Shown here: positions 9,578-18,642 of the stretch, piece by piece
Layout: each line of letters begins with the position of its first letter
How positions within the stretch are numbered: position 1 is the first letter of the stretch
NCBI GenBank assembly: GCA_018817165.1
Contig: JAHITY010000124.1
Coordinates: forward strand, 33,973 to 97,972
From: Candidatus Omnitrophota bacterium
GTDB taxonomy: Bacteria; Omnitrophota; Gorgyraeia; B26-G9
Length of the DNA: 64,000 bases
Reading direction: 5' to 3'
Translations under genes and position numbers: made by a program
The notes under the pieces: model-generated
The model's input: only the letters and a program-made list of their open reading frames with translations
The model's database searches: none
Told to the model about the DNA's origin: nothing

Positions 9578-10676
9578 AATCAAAGTATTATTTTTAACTC
9601 AAACCCGTCAAATCGGTCCGGCCAGTCGATACCGGGTTTATCAGTACATTGATTATCTGAGAGTCAATGGTATTGAATGCACACTCAGTCCTGCATTGCC
9701 GCAATCTTGTTATAAATTTTTTTATCAGAATAGTAATATCTTAAAAAAGATTTTATTATTGCCATTGATTGTTATCAAACGTATATATGATCTATCGAGA
9801 GTTAAAAAATATGACATTGTGTTTATCCAAAGAGAGATCTTGCCGCAAATTTTTCCTTTATTTGAGATTCTGATCTCTCGAATTCATAAAAATATTATAT
9901 TTGATTTTGATGACGCGATATTTTTGATTCCGCCGCAAAGAAATAAACTGTTTTATTTCTTAAAAGATAAGCAGGCAATTCCGCGAATAATTAGTTTGAG
10001 CCGTCAGGTAATTGTCGGTAATGATTATTTGAAAGAATATGCTTTGCAGTTTAATAAACAGGTAGAATTAATTCCTACGGCAGTGGATACTCAAGTATGG
10101 ATAAAAAATGTTAAATCTTTAAATCAATCTGATCGGCAGGCACTTCTGGGAAAGGAAAAAATTATAATCGGCTGGATTGGGACCAGACATAATCTTTTTT
10201 ATCTGGAGATGCTTGCGCCGGTATTTAAACAGCTTGCGCAAAAACAGGCTATTTGTCTGCATATAATCAGTGATGCTGTTTTTAAAAGCAAAGACAAATA
10301 TTTGGATATCCTGAATATTGCCTGGGATATGAATAGCGAAGTAGCGCAAGTCCAGAAATTTGATATTGCGATCGCGCCTTTGGCGGATGATGCTTGGGGC
10401 AGGGGGAAATGCGGATTAAAAGCTTTGCAATATATGGCCTGTTCTATCCCCACTGTTTGTTCCGCTGTTGGTGTATATAATCAGATTATTGAAGATGGGA
10501 ATAATGGTTTTCTCGCTAAAAATCAAACTGAATGGTTAGTGAAACTAACATTGCTGATAAATGATCAAAAACTTAGGCAGAATATGGGAGCGGCGGGAAG
10601 AAAGACAGTAGAAAATAATTATTCTTTTGAGATTAATAAAATAAAACTTAAAAATATAATTACACAGATCAAATAA
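9567..10676 (+). CDS. Glycosyltransferase (group 1-like C-terminal domain)
   Basis: GKCGLKALQYMACSIPTVCSAVGVYNQIIEDGNNGFLA resembles the GT4/GT1 nucleotide-sugar binding C-terminal half. 11-bp overlap with the upstream GT4. Confidence 0.6.
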   Translation: MGNKIKVLFLTQTRQIGPASRYRVYQYIDYLRVNGIECTLSPALPQSCYKFFYQNSNILKKILLLPLIVIKRIYDLSRVKKYDIVFIQREILPQIFPLFEILISRIHKNIIFDFDDAIFLIPPQRNKLFYFLKDKQAIPRIISLSRQVIVGNDYLKEYALQFNKQVELIPTAVDTQVWIKNVKSLNQSDRQALLGKEKIIIGWIGTRHNLFYLEMLAPVFKQLAQKQAICLHIISDAVFKSKDKYLDILNIAWDMNSEVAQVQKFDIAIAPLADDAWGRGKCGLKALQYMACSIPTVCSAVGVYNQIIEDGNNGFLAKNQTEWLVKLTLLINDQKLRQNMGAAGRKTVENNYSFEINKIKLKNIITQIK

Positions 10677-10705
10677 TAAATAGTAAACCTAGATAAAGGT
10701 AAACA

Positions 10706-12586
10706 ATGTGCGGGATATGCGGAGTTCTTAATTATAAAGGCCAAAAAATTGATGAGAATTTGATTAAGGCGATGTCTGATAAACTGGAGCATCGCGGTCC
10801 AGATTCTTTTGGCAAATATATCGATCAAAAAATCGGCTTAGGGCACAGACGGCTTTCAATTATAGATCTAAAGAGCGGACAACAACCGATTAGTAATGAA
10901 GATAAAACAATATGGCTGATTGTAAATGGGGAAATATATAATTATCGAGAATTGCGGGATCTGCTGGAAAAGCAAGGCCATGTTTTTTCTACAAATTCTG
11001 ATTCAGAAGTTATCGTTCATCTTTATGAGCAGTATCAGGAGCAGGCTTTAGATTACTTAAGAGGAATGTTTGCTTTTGCGCTTTGGGATAAAAAGAAAAA
11101 TAAATTATTTATTGCCCGTGATCGTATGGGGCAAAAACCTTTAGTTTACTGGCATGACGATAAGCAGTTTGTTTTTGCTTCAGAGTTAAGGTCACTTTTA
11201 ATTTGTCCATGGATAAAAAGGGAAATTGATCCTGAAGCGCTAAATCTTTATTTAAGTTTTCTTTATGTTCCGGCGCCAAAAACAATGTTTAAAAACATTA
11301 AAAAATTATTGCCGGCACATTATTTAGTGGTAGAAAACGGAAAGCTGGAAATTAAAAAATATTGGAGTTTGCAGCCTCGGGTTGACCGGCGGAAAAGCCT
11401 GAAAGATTACAAACAGGGAATTATTGAGCAGCTTGATCAAGCTGTTAAATTACGCTTAGCCAGTGATGTTCCCTTGGGAGTTTTTTTAAGTGGCGGCATA
11501 GATTCCAGCGCGATTGTCAGCCGGATGAGTAAATACAGCTCAAATATCAAAACATTTTCCGTGGGTTTTGAAAATAAACTGTATAATGAACTGGGATATG
11601 CTCGGATAATCGCAAAAAAATTCTCTACAGAACATCATGAGTTGATCATCAAACCAAAAGCAATTGAAATCATGCCAAAATTAATCAGCCATTACGGCGA
11701 ACCTTATGCTGATTATTCGTGCATTCCGACTTACTATATCGCTAAATTTGCCGCTAATCATATAAAAGTTGCTTTGTGCGGTGATGGCGGAGATGAGTCT
11801 TTTAATGGCTATTATCGCTATACAGCAACTAAGGTTGCTCAAGCTTTTGATTGTTTACCGCGCTTTTTGTGTAAACTGATTTCCCGCACGGCAATCGGAT
11901 TGCTTCCTGATGGGAATGATATCCGGAGCAAGTCATGGCAGATAAAAAGGTTTTTTAGCGGACTGGAATATCCCCCGGTGCAACGTTATCTTAATTGGAT
12001 TGCTTGTTTTAATCAGCAACAGAAAAAATATCTTTTAAATTCTGATTTTTTCTCAGAATTAAATATAAATACTGATTTGGAGTATTTACAAAATGCCTAT
12101 TTACAAATACAATCTAATGATTTTAGTGATGCTACCAGACAAGTAGATATAGATACATACTTACCCAATGATCTATTAGTTAAAATGGATATAGCTTCAA
12201 TGGCTAATTCTTTAGAAGCTCGCGCTCCATTTTTGGATCATAAATTTATGGAATATGCTAGCCAAATACCCCATGATTTAAAATTACATAATCTCCAAAA
12301 TAAATTTATTTTAAAAAAAGCGCTGGCTGATTCTTTACCAAAAGATATTATTAATCGAAAAAAACAGGGCTTTGCCATTCCGATAGGCCAATGGTTTCGC
12401 CATGAACTAAAAGATTACGCGTATGATCAATTGCTGGATAAGGCTTGTATTGATCGAGGCTATTTTAAGCAAAATTACCTTAAGCAGATTCTAGACGAAC
12501 ACATTGCCGGAAAAACAGATAATGGCTATAAATTGTATACATTATTAATGTTTGAACTTTGGGCCAAAGAATTTATTGACGGATAG
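10706..12586 (+). CDS. asnB: Asparagine synthetase (glutamine-hydrolysing) family amidotransferase
   Basis: N-terminal nucleophile MCGICGV. Also GHRRLSIIDL, and SGGIDSS (PP-loop ATP pyrophosphatase). 626 aa. Confidence 0.9.
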   Translation: MCGICGVLNYKGQKIDENLIKAMSDKLEHRGPDSFGKYIDQKIGLGHRRLSIIDLKSGQQPISNEDKTIWLIVNGEIYNYRELRDLLEKQGHVFSTNSDSEVIVHLYEQYQEQALDYLRGMFAFALWDKKKNKLFIARDRMGQKPLVYWHDDKQFVFASELRSLLICPWIKREIDPEALNLYLSFLYVPAPKTMFKNIKKLLPAHYLVVENGKLEIKKYWSLQPRVDRRKSLKDYKQGIIEQLDQAVKLRLASDVPLGVFLSGGIDSSAIVSRMSKYSSNIKTFSVGFENKLYNELGYARIIAKKFSTEHHELIIKPKAIEIMPKLISHYGEPYADYSCIPTYYIAKFAANHIKVALCGDGGDESFNGYYRYTATKVAQAFDCLPRFLCKLISRTAIGLLPDGNDIRSKSWQIKRFFSGLEYPPVQRYLNWIACFNQQQKKYLLNSDFFSELNINTDLEYLQNAYLQIQSNDFSDATRQVDIDTYLPNDLLVKMDIASMANSLEARAPFLDHKFMEYASQIPHDLKLHNLQNKFILKKALADSLPKDIINRKKQGFAIPIGQWFRHELKDYAYDQLLDKACIDRGYFKQNYLKQILDEHIAGKTDNGYKLYTLLMFELWAKEFIDG

Positions 12587-12747
12587 TTTATTAATTTACT
12601 GTAGAGTTGTATTGACAAGCTTAACTGTATATGTTAACCTGTTTCTAAGTCTAACAAAAGTCTCAACTGTAAATAGAGTCAAGGTTTATCAATACTTAAG
12701 GATAAGTATACTTAGCTAATAGCTTAATGTGACCAAAGGAGGGGCAA

Positions 12748-13350
12748 ATGGCGCTCAAAGAGTTTTTTGTGCGTAGAAAATTTTTAATTCAAAAAGAGTT
12801 TCAATTAAAGTTTGTCGGTTTTTTAATTCTGGTAATCCTGGCAATTTCTGCTTTGGTTGTATTGACAGTTAATTTGTCAATTTGGGCTGCAGTGGAAAAA
12901 GGCGTAAGCTCTCAAGTTCAAATAGTTATTGATCAGATTCTGCATAATATGAACGTTCTGTTTATGTTTGAAATCCCAATTGTTCTGCTCATTTCAATTT
13001 TTGCCGCGATTATTTTTTCTCACAAAATAGCTGGCCCGGTTTATCGTTTACAACAGGCAGCAATTCAGGTTGTCCGGGGTGATTTGACCAGCAATGTGCA
13101 TTTGCGCAGAGATGATGAATTGAAAAATCTTTCCTCAGCATTCAACTCCGTTGTCGATAATATGCATTTGTTGGTTGCTAAAGACCGCAAGTTGATTACG
13201 GCTCTTTCGGCAATAACGGATACCTTATATACTAATCTTAAAGATAAGAAGATCAGTCAGGATGAAGCGCTGGTTTTAATTCGTAAATTAAATGATCTGG
13301 TTGGCGAGCTTAGGACTTTGATTATGCAGTATAAGATAGAAAAGAGTTAA
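12748..13350 (+). CDS. Two-TM membrane protein with HAMP domain and no recognisable output domain
   Basis: TM1 FVGFLILVILAISALVVL, TM2 IPIVLLISIFAAIIF, then the HAMP-like SHKIAGPVYRLQQAAIQVVRGDLTSNVHLRRDDELKNLSSAFNSVVDNM, then a short coiled coil. Stop is 4 bp before pilT. Confidence 0.55.
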   Translation: MALKEFFVRRKFLIQKEFQLKFVGFLILVILAISALVVLTVNLSIWAAVEKGVSSQVQIVIDQILHNMNVLFMFEIPIVLLISIFAAIIFSHKIAGPVYRLQQAAIQVVRGDLTSNVHLRRDDELKNLSSAFNSVVDNMHLLVAKDRKLITALSAITDTLYTNLKDKKISQDEALVLIRKLNDLVGELRTLIMQYKIEKS

Positions 13351-13354
13351 GAGT

Positions 13355-14401
13355 ATGGAAATTCTTGAACTTATTCGTATGTCAATTGAAAAAAACGCGT
13401 CAGATCTGCATCTTACAGTAGGATTGCCTCCGATGTTGCGGATACATGGCAGATTAATGTCAACAGAAACTGATCCATTGACAGCCAACGATGTTGAACA
13501 ACTTGTTAATAAAATGATGACCGATGAACATCGAGAAAAGCTGGAGGACGGAAGAAGCATTGATTTCACCTACAGCTATATTGCTCGGTTCAGAGTTAAT
13601 GTTTTTTATGAAAAAGGTTATTTGGCCGCGGCGCTGCGATTTATTCCTTTTGAAATCCCTTCATTAGAAAAACTGGGCGTTCCCTTGATAGTTGCTGAAT
13701 TAGCGCGAAAACAAAGGGGTTTGATTCTAGTTACCGGGCCAACCGGCTCAGGAAAATCAACAACCCTTGCGGCAATGATTGATTTAGTTAATAGAGAACA
13801 AGCCTGTCATATTATAACTATTGAGGATCCGATTGAGTATTTACATCCTCATAAAAAAAGCATTGTTAATCAAAGAGAAGTTTATTCTGATACACCTTCA
13901 TGTTCTTTGGCTTTGCGGGATGCTTTGCGTGAAGATCCTGATGTGATTCTTGTTGGTGAAATGCGTGATCTGGAAACAATTTCAACCGCGATCACTGCCG
14001 CGGAAACCGGACATCTGGTTTTTGCTACTTTGCATACAAATGATGCGGTACAAACCATTGATCGAATTATTGATGTTTTTCCTGAAGGACAACAGTCGCA
14101 GATTCGTTTGCAGACTTCTTTGGCTTTGCAAGGTGTTATCTCTCAGAGATTAATTCCGACTGCTGATGGAAAAGGACGGGTGGCCGCGATTGAAGCCATG
14201 AGTGTAACTCCGGCCGTGGCTAATCTTATCAGGGAAAAGAAAACACATCAGATTTATTCAATGATTGAAACCGGGGCTAAAGATGGAATGCTGAGTATGA
14301 ATCAGTCATTGGCTGATTTGTGTAAAGCTCGCTTAATTAGAATCGGAGACGCGATCACATATTCGAATAAACCTGAACTTTTAAAAAGGATGCTACTATA
14401 A
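13355..14401 (+). CDS. pilT: Type IV pilus retraction ATPase PilT
   Basis: ASDLHLTVGLPPMLRIHG N-terminus. Walker A GPTGSGKSTT, Asp box and Walker B, His box (ATLHTNDAVQTIDRIIDVF). 348 aa. Confidence 0.9.
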   Translation: MEILELIRMSIEKNASDLHLTVGLPPMLRIHGRLMSTETDPLTANDVEQLVNKMMTDEHREKLEDGRSIDFTYSYIARFRVNVFYEKGYLAAALRFIPFEIPSLEKLGVPLIVAELARKQRGLILVTGPTGSGKSTTLAAMIDLVNREQACHIITIEDPIEYLHPHKKSIVNQREVYSDTPSCSLALRDALREDPDVILVGEMRDLETISTAITAAETGHLVFATLHTNDAVQTIDRIIDVFPEGQQSQIRLQTSLALQGVISQRLIPTADGKGRVAAIEAMSVTPAVANLIREKKTHQIYSMIETGAKDGMLSMNQSLADLCKARLIRIGDAITYSNKPELLKRMLL

Positions 14402-14403
14402 TT

Positions 14404-15489
14404 ATGGAATTAAAAGAACTTTTACAGTTAACTACACAGCGTAATGCTTCTGATCTGCATATTGTCTGTGGTGTTCCTCCTGTATTGCGGATAAATGGAG
14501 ACCTTACTATTTTAGAACAAGCTGGCAAAATTATGCCTCAGATTTCTAAAGATTATGCTTATCAAATGCTTAATCAAGATCAAATAAATGAATTTGAGAA
14601 AGATAATGATCTTGATTTTTCTTACGGGATTGCTGGGATTGGACGTTTTCGGGTTAATCTGCATATGCAGCGCGGCAGTATTGGAATTGCTTTTCGCCGG
14701 CTGGCTTTGGAAATTAAAAATGCTGAAGAACTAGGTTTACCGCCTATTGTTAATGAATTTGCTATGCTGGAAAAAGGCTTAGTTTTGGTTACTGGAGCAG
14801 CTGGATCAGGTAAATCTACGACAATTGCCGCAATGATTGATTTGATTAATACCCGAAGAAAAGCGCATATTATAACCATCGAAGATCCGATTGAATATTT
14901 ATATTCTCATAAAACCAGCATTATTGAGCAAAGAGAAGTATCAACTGATACTAAGTCATTTGGCAGCGCTTTGAAATATGTATTAAGGCAGGATCCTAAT
15001 GTTATTTTAGTTGGTGAACTTCGCGATCTAGAAACGATTTCTCATGCGATTACCGCTGCGGAAACCGGGCATTTGGTCTTAGCCACATTGCATACTACTG
15101 ATGCCGTTCAGACAGTAGACAGACTAATCGATGTTTTTCCGCCTTATCAGCAGCAGCAAGTGCGGATTCAGGTTTCTTTGGCTTTGCAGGGGGTTATATG
15201 CCAGCAATTGATTATTAGCAAAGATAAACAAAGACGGATTCCGATTATTGAGACAATGGTGGTTACTCCGGCGATTAGAAATCTTATTCGCGATGCTAAA
15301 ACTTTTCAGATTTATTCGTCCTTAGAAACTGGTTTAAAACTGGGGATGCAGAGTGTGGATATGGCCTTGGCTGAGGTTGTGCATAATGATTTAGTTAATG
15401 AAGAAGATGCTTTTATTAAAGCGCGTGATCCGGAAGGCTTAAAGCGGCGCATAATAAAATTAAAGGAGGCTTCTGCCCATGGCAGCTGA
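14404..15489 (+). CDS. pilU: PilT-family ATPase paralog (PilU-like)
   Basis: ASDLHIVCGVPPVLRING. GAAGSGKSTT. ATLHTTDAVQTVDRLIDVF. 361 aa. Second tandem retraction-type ATPase. Confidence 0.8.
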   Translation: MELKELLQLTTQRNASDLHIVCGVPPVLRINGDLTILEQAGKIMPQISKDYAYQMLNQDQINEFEKDNDLDFSYGIAGIGRFRVNLHMQRGSIGIAFRRLALEIKNAEELGLPPIVNEFAMLEKGLVLVTGAAGSGKSTTIAAMIDLINTRRKAHIITIEDPIEYLYSHKTSIIEQREVSTDTKSFGSALKYVLRQDPNVILVGELRDLETISHAITAAETGHLVLATLHTTDAVQTVDRLIDVFPPYQQQQVRIQVSLALQGVICQQLIISKDKQRRIPIIETMVVTPAIRNLIRDAKTFQIYSSLETGLKLGMQSVDMALAEVVHNDLVNEEDAFIKARDPEGLKRRIIKLKEASAHGS

Positions 15490-17182
15490 TAAAGTAAGAA
15501 AAAAGCTGCTGGGGGAATATCTGGTTGAGCAAGGCCTGGTTTCCGAAGAGCAGATACAGCGGGCTTTGGAAGAACAAAAAAAAGCTGGCTCGCGTTTAGG
15601 TCAGACTTTGATTGATCTTGGTTTTCTTAGTGAAGAGCAAATGATCATTGCTTTAGCCCGTCAGCTTGACCTTGCTCATATTGATATTTTAAGTTACAAT
15701 TTGAAGCCGGATGTAGTTAATCTTATTCCGGAAAAAATCGCCCGCAGATATGAATTGATTGCCATTGATAAAATGGGGGATAGTCTGACTATTGCCATGT
15801 CTGATCCGCTTAATGTTTTTGCGATCGATGAAGTTTCCCAGCTAACCCGCTCACGCATAGATCCAGTAATTTGCTCAAGAACTAAATTACTCAAAATATT
15901 TGATAAAGCATATAATTTAAATTTGAGCGATACAGCTGAACCCGAGAGTATTGTTTCTACTGATAAATATACGCGGCATCAATCTGAAGACAAAGAAGTT
16001 CCAGCATTGGGCGGAGCGGAAATAATTGATCTGGTTAATGAAATTCTTCAATTATCTGTTCAAGCCAGAGCAACAGATATTCATATCGAGCCGGATGAAC
16101 AAGAAGTAAGGATCCGCTGTCGGATAGACGGATTTCTTATGGAACTTAAAACATATCCGAAGGAAGTTCAATTACCGATTATTTCCCGGATAAAAGTTGT
16201 ATCTGGTTTGGATATTTCCGAAAAAAGAATTCCTCAGGATGGAAGGTTTAAATTCCTGTTTGAAGGTCGAGAAATTGATTTGCGGGTTTCTACTTTGCCC
16301 ACGGTTTTAGGGGAGAAGATAGTTTTGCGTGTTTTGGATCAAGCTATGGTAGTTGTTGATATGGATAAACTGGGGTTTTTGCCGGAAAATCTTGCTCAGC
16401 TGCAGGATTTAATTCATCGGCCTTATGGTATGCTTTTAGTGACTGGCCCGACATCCAGCGGAAAAACCACAACCTTATATTCAGCTTTAAATACAATAAA
16501 TACAATTGAAAAAAATATTCTTACTGTCGAAGATCCGGTTGAATACAGACTTAAGATGATCAATCAGGTCCAGATAAATCCGCGAGCCGGATTAACTTTT
16601 GCCGCGGGTTTGCGCAGTTTTTTGCGTCAGGATCCCAATGTAATTATGATTGGAGAAATTCGTGATATGGAAACAGCGGAAATCGCGATTCAATCGGCAT
16701 TGACCGGACATTTAGTTTTAAGCACAATTCACACCAATAATGCTCCCTCAACCATAACTCGGTTGATTGATATGAAAATTGACGCGTTCCTGGTTGCCTC
16801 AGCTGTAACCGGAATCCTTGCCCAGCGTTTGATTCGAACTATTTGTCCTGGCTGTAAACAGCCGTTTACTCCGGATGCGGATGTTTTGCATGGTTTGAAT
16901 TTGGAACCCAAGGCTGAGGGTTATACTTTTTATAAAGGCGCGGGATGTGATCTCTGCGGCGGAACTGGGTATAAAGGCAGAATCGGGATTTATGAGATGA
17001 TGATTGTTAATAATGCGATCAGAGAATTAATTCTTAGACATGCTTCTACCGCAGAGTTAACCGAAGAAGCAAAAAAACACGGTATGAAGACTTTAAGAGA
17101 AGATGGTTTTCAAAAAGTATTAAACGGAGTTACAACTGTCGAAGAAGTTTTGCGGGCAACTGCTGAAGAAGCAAAAGGATAG
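15479..17182 (+). CDS. pilB: Type IV pilus assembly (extension) ATPase PilB/GspE family
   Basis: N-terminal GSPII_E_N-like domain (LGEYLVEQGLVSEEQIQRALEEQKK). GPTSSGKTTT Walker A. Tetracysteine CPGC...CDLCGG zinc motif. 567 aa. Confidence 0.9.
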   Translation: MAADKVRKKLLGEYLVEQGLVSEEQIQRALEEQKKAGSRLGQTLIDLGFLSEEQMIIALARQLDLAHIDILSYNLKPDVVNLIPEKIARRYELIAIDKMGDSLTIAMSDPLNVFAIDEVSQLTRSRIDPVICSRTKLLKIFDKAYNLNLSDTAEPESIVSTDKYTRHQSEDKEVPALGGAEIIDLVNEILQLSVQARATDIHIEPDEQEVRIRCRIDGFLMELKTYPKEVQLPIISRIKVVSGLDISEKRIPQDGRFKFLFEGREIDLRVSTLPTVLGEKIVLRVLDQAMVVVDMDKLGFLPENLAQLQDLIHRPYGMLLVTGPTSSGKTTTLYSALNTINTIEKNILTVEDPVEYRLKMINQVQINPRAGLTFAAGLRSFLRQDPNVIMIGEIRDMETAEIAIQSALTGHLVLSTIHTNNAPSTITRLIDMKIDAFLVASAVTGILAQRLIRTICPGCKQPFTPDADVLHGLNLEPKAEGYTFYKGAGCDLCGGTGYKGRIGIYEMMIVNNAIRELILRHASTAELTEEAKKHGMKTLREDGFQKVLNGVTTVEEVLRATAEEAKG

Positions 17183-17191
17183 GATACGGAT

Positions 17192-18640
17192 ATGCTAAGA
17201 CCGAACTCACTCAAAAAACGAGTGAGAACAAATCTGATGATTGCCATTCCTCTGCTGATTGTTATTCTTGTTTTTGGCGCACAGATTTTCTCTTATTATA
17301 TTGTACAAGGTAATGTTAAAAATCTGGTTGATGATTCCCAAGATGTCGCTATTTTTAATAAAGTTATGTTTATTCTGGGCAAACAGATTTGGTTTTCTTC
17401 TATTGCCTCAGGCATCTTTGGAGTAATTTTGGCTTATGCTATTACCATCCCGATTAAAAAACTTACTTTCAATGCTCAACAGGTGGCAACGGGTGATTTA
17501 TCGAGAACTGTACAGGTTAATACTGAAGATGAGATCGGGGCTTTGGGCAAATCGTTCAATGCGATGGTCTCTTCCTTGAATGAACATATAATCGACAGTA
17601 TGACTGGTGGAGTTATAACGATTAATATGCGGGGAATGATTGCCACATTTAATCGTTCAGCTGAATTAATCTTAGGTTATGATTCAGAAGAAATTGTCGG
17701 TAAATCTGTGTTTGAAGTTTTTCCTTTGGACAGTAAAAATTCGGATTTAACTAAAATTATCAAAGATACACTTGAACAAAGACAAACTAGCTCATCGCGA
17801 GAAATAAATATTTATTCTTTGAATGGGAAAAAAATTCCCATAGGAATAACGACCTCTTTATTAAGAGATAAAAAAAATACTTTTTTGGGTATAGTGGTTA
17901 CCTTTAAAGATCTAGAGCATATTAAACATTTAGAAGAACAAATGCGCCGCGCTGACCGATTAGCGGCTGTGGGTAGTCTTGCTGCCGGAATAGCGCATGA
18001 GATCAGAAATCCTTTAGGCTCGATTAAAGGATTGGTTCAGCTACTGGCGGAAGATTTAAAGGCAGATGATCAGAAGATTTCCTACGCGGCAGTGATTGTC
18101 AAAGAAGTTGATCGTCTAAATAAAGTTGTCGAAGAACTTTTAAGTTTTGCTCGTCCGGATGATTCTGAGCTGGAAGTGAATTTTGTTGAATTAAATTTAA
18201 ATGAAGTTATTGATCAAACCTTGCTTTTAGCCTCACATGACAGTAAAAAAGAAAATATTAAAATCATTAAAGAGTATTCCGAGGATTTACCTTTAATCCC
18301 GGCGGATTCAAAAAAACTCCAACAGGCATTTCTAAATTTAATTATGAATGCTTTTTCCGCCATGGAAAATGAAGGAAACCTGACAATTAAAACTGAGTAT
18401 AAACCGGATACAAAAATAGCAAAAGTCATATTTGCTGACACGGGTTTGGGTATTAGCCCGAATAATCTAACAAAAATATTCGATCCGTTTTTTACCGCTA
18501 AGCAGGGTGGTACAGGATTGGGTTTAACCATAACCCATCAGATAATAGCAACACATAAGGGTAAGATAGATGTTGAAAGTAAAATTAATAAAGGCACGAA
18601 ATTTATTATTAGTTTTCCGGTTAAAATATTAAAAGGATAA
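17192..18640 (+). CDS. pilS: Membrane sensor histidine kinase (PilS-like): HAMP-PAS-HisKA-HATPase
   Basis: Two N-terminal TMs. HAMP (ATGDLSRTVQVNTEDEIGALGKSFNAMV). PAS-like region. H-box AAGIAHEIRNPL. N/G boxes (NLIMNAF...DTGLGIS...GGTGLGL). Confidence 0.8.
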   Translation: MLRPNSLKKRVRTNLMIAIPLLIVILVFGAQIFSYYIVQGNVKNLVDDSQDVAIFNKVMFILGKQIWFSSIASGIFGVILAYAITIPIKKLTFNAQQVATGDLSRTVQVNTEDEIGALGKSFNAMVSSLNEHIIDSMTGGVITINMRGMIATFNRSAELILGYDSEEIVGKSVFEVFPLDSKNSDLTKIIKDTLEQRQTSSSREINIYSLNGKKIPIGITTSLLRDKKNTFLGIVVTFKDLEHIKHLEEQMRRADRLAAVGSLAAGIAHEIRNPLGSIKGLVQLLAEDLKADDQKISYAAVIVKEVDRLNKVVEELLSFARPDDSELEVNFVELNLNEVIDQTLLLASHDSKKENIKIIKEYSEDLPLIPADSKKLQQAFLNLIMNAFSAMENEGNLTIKTEYKPDTKIAKVIFADTGLGISPNNLTKIFDPFFTAKQGGTGLGLTITHQIIATHKGKIDVESKINKGTKFIISFPVKILKG

Positions 18641-18642
18641 GT

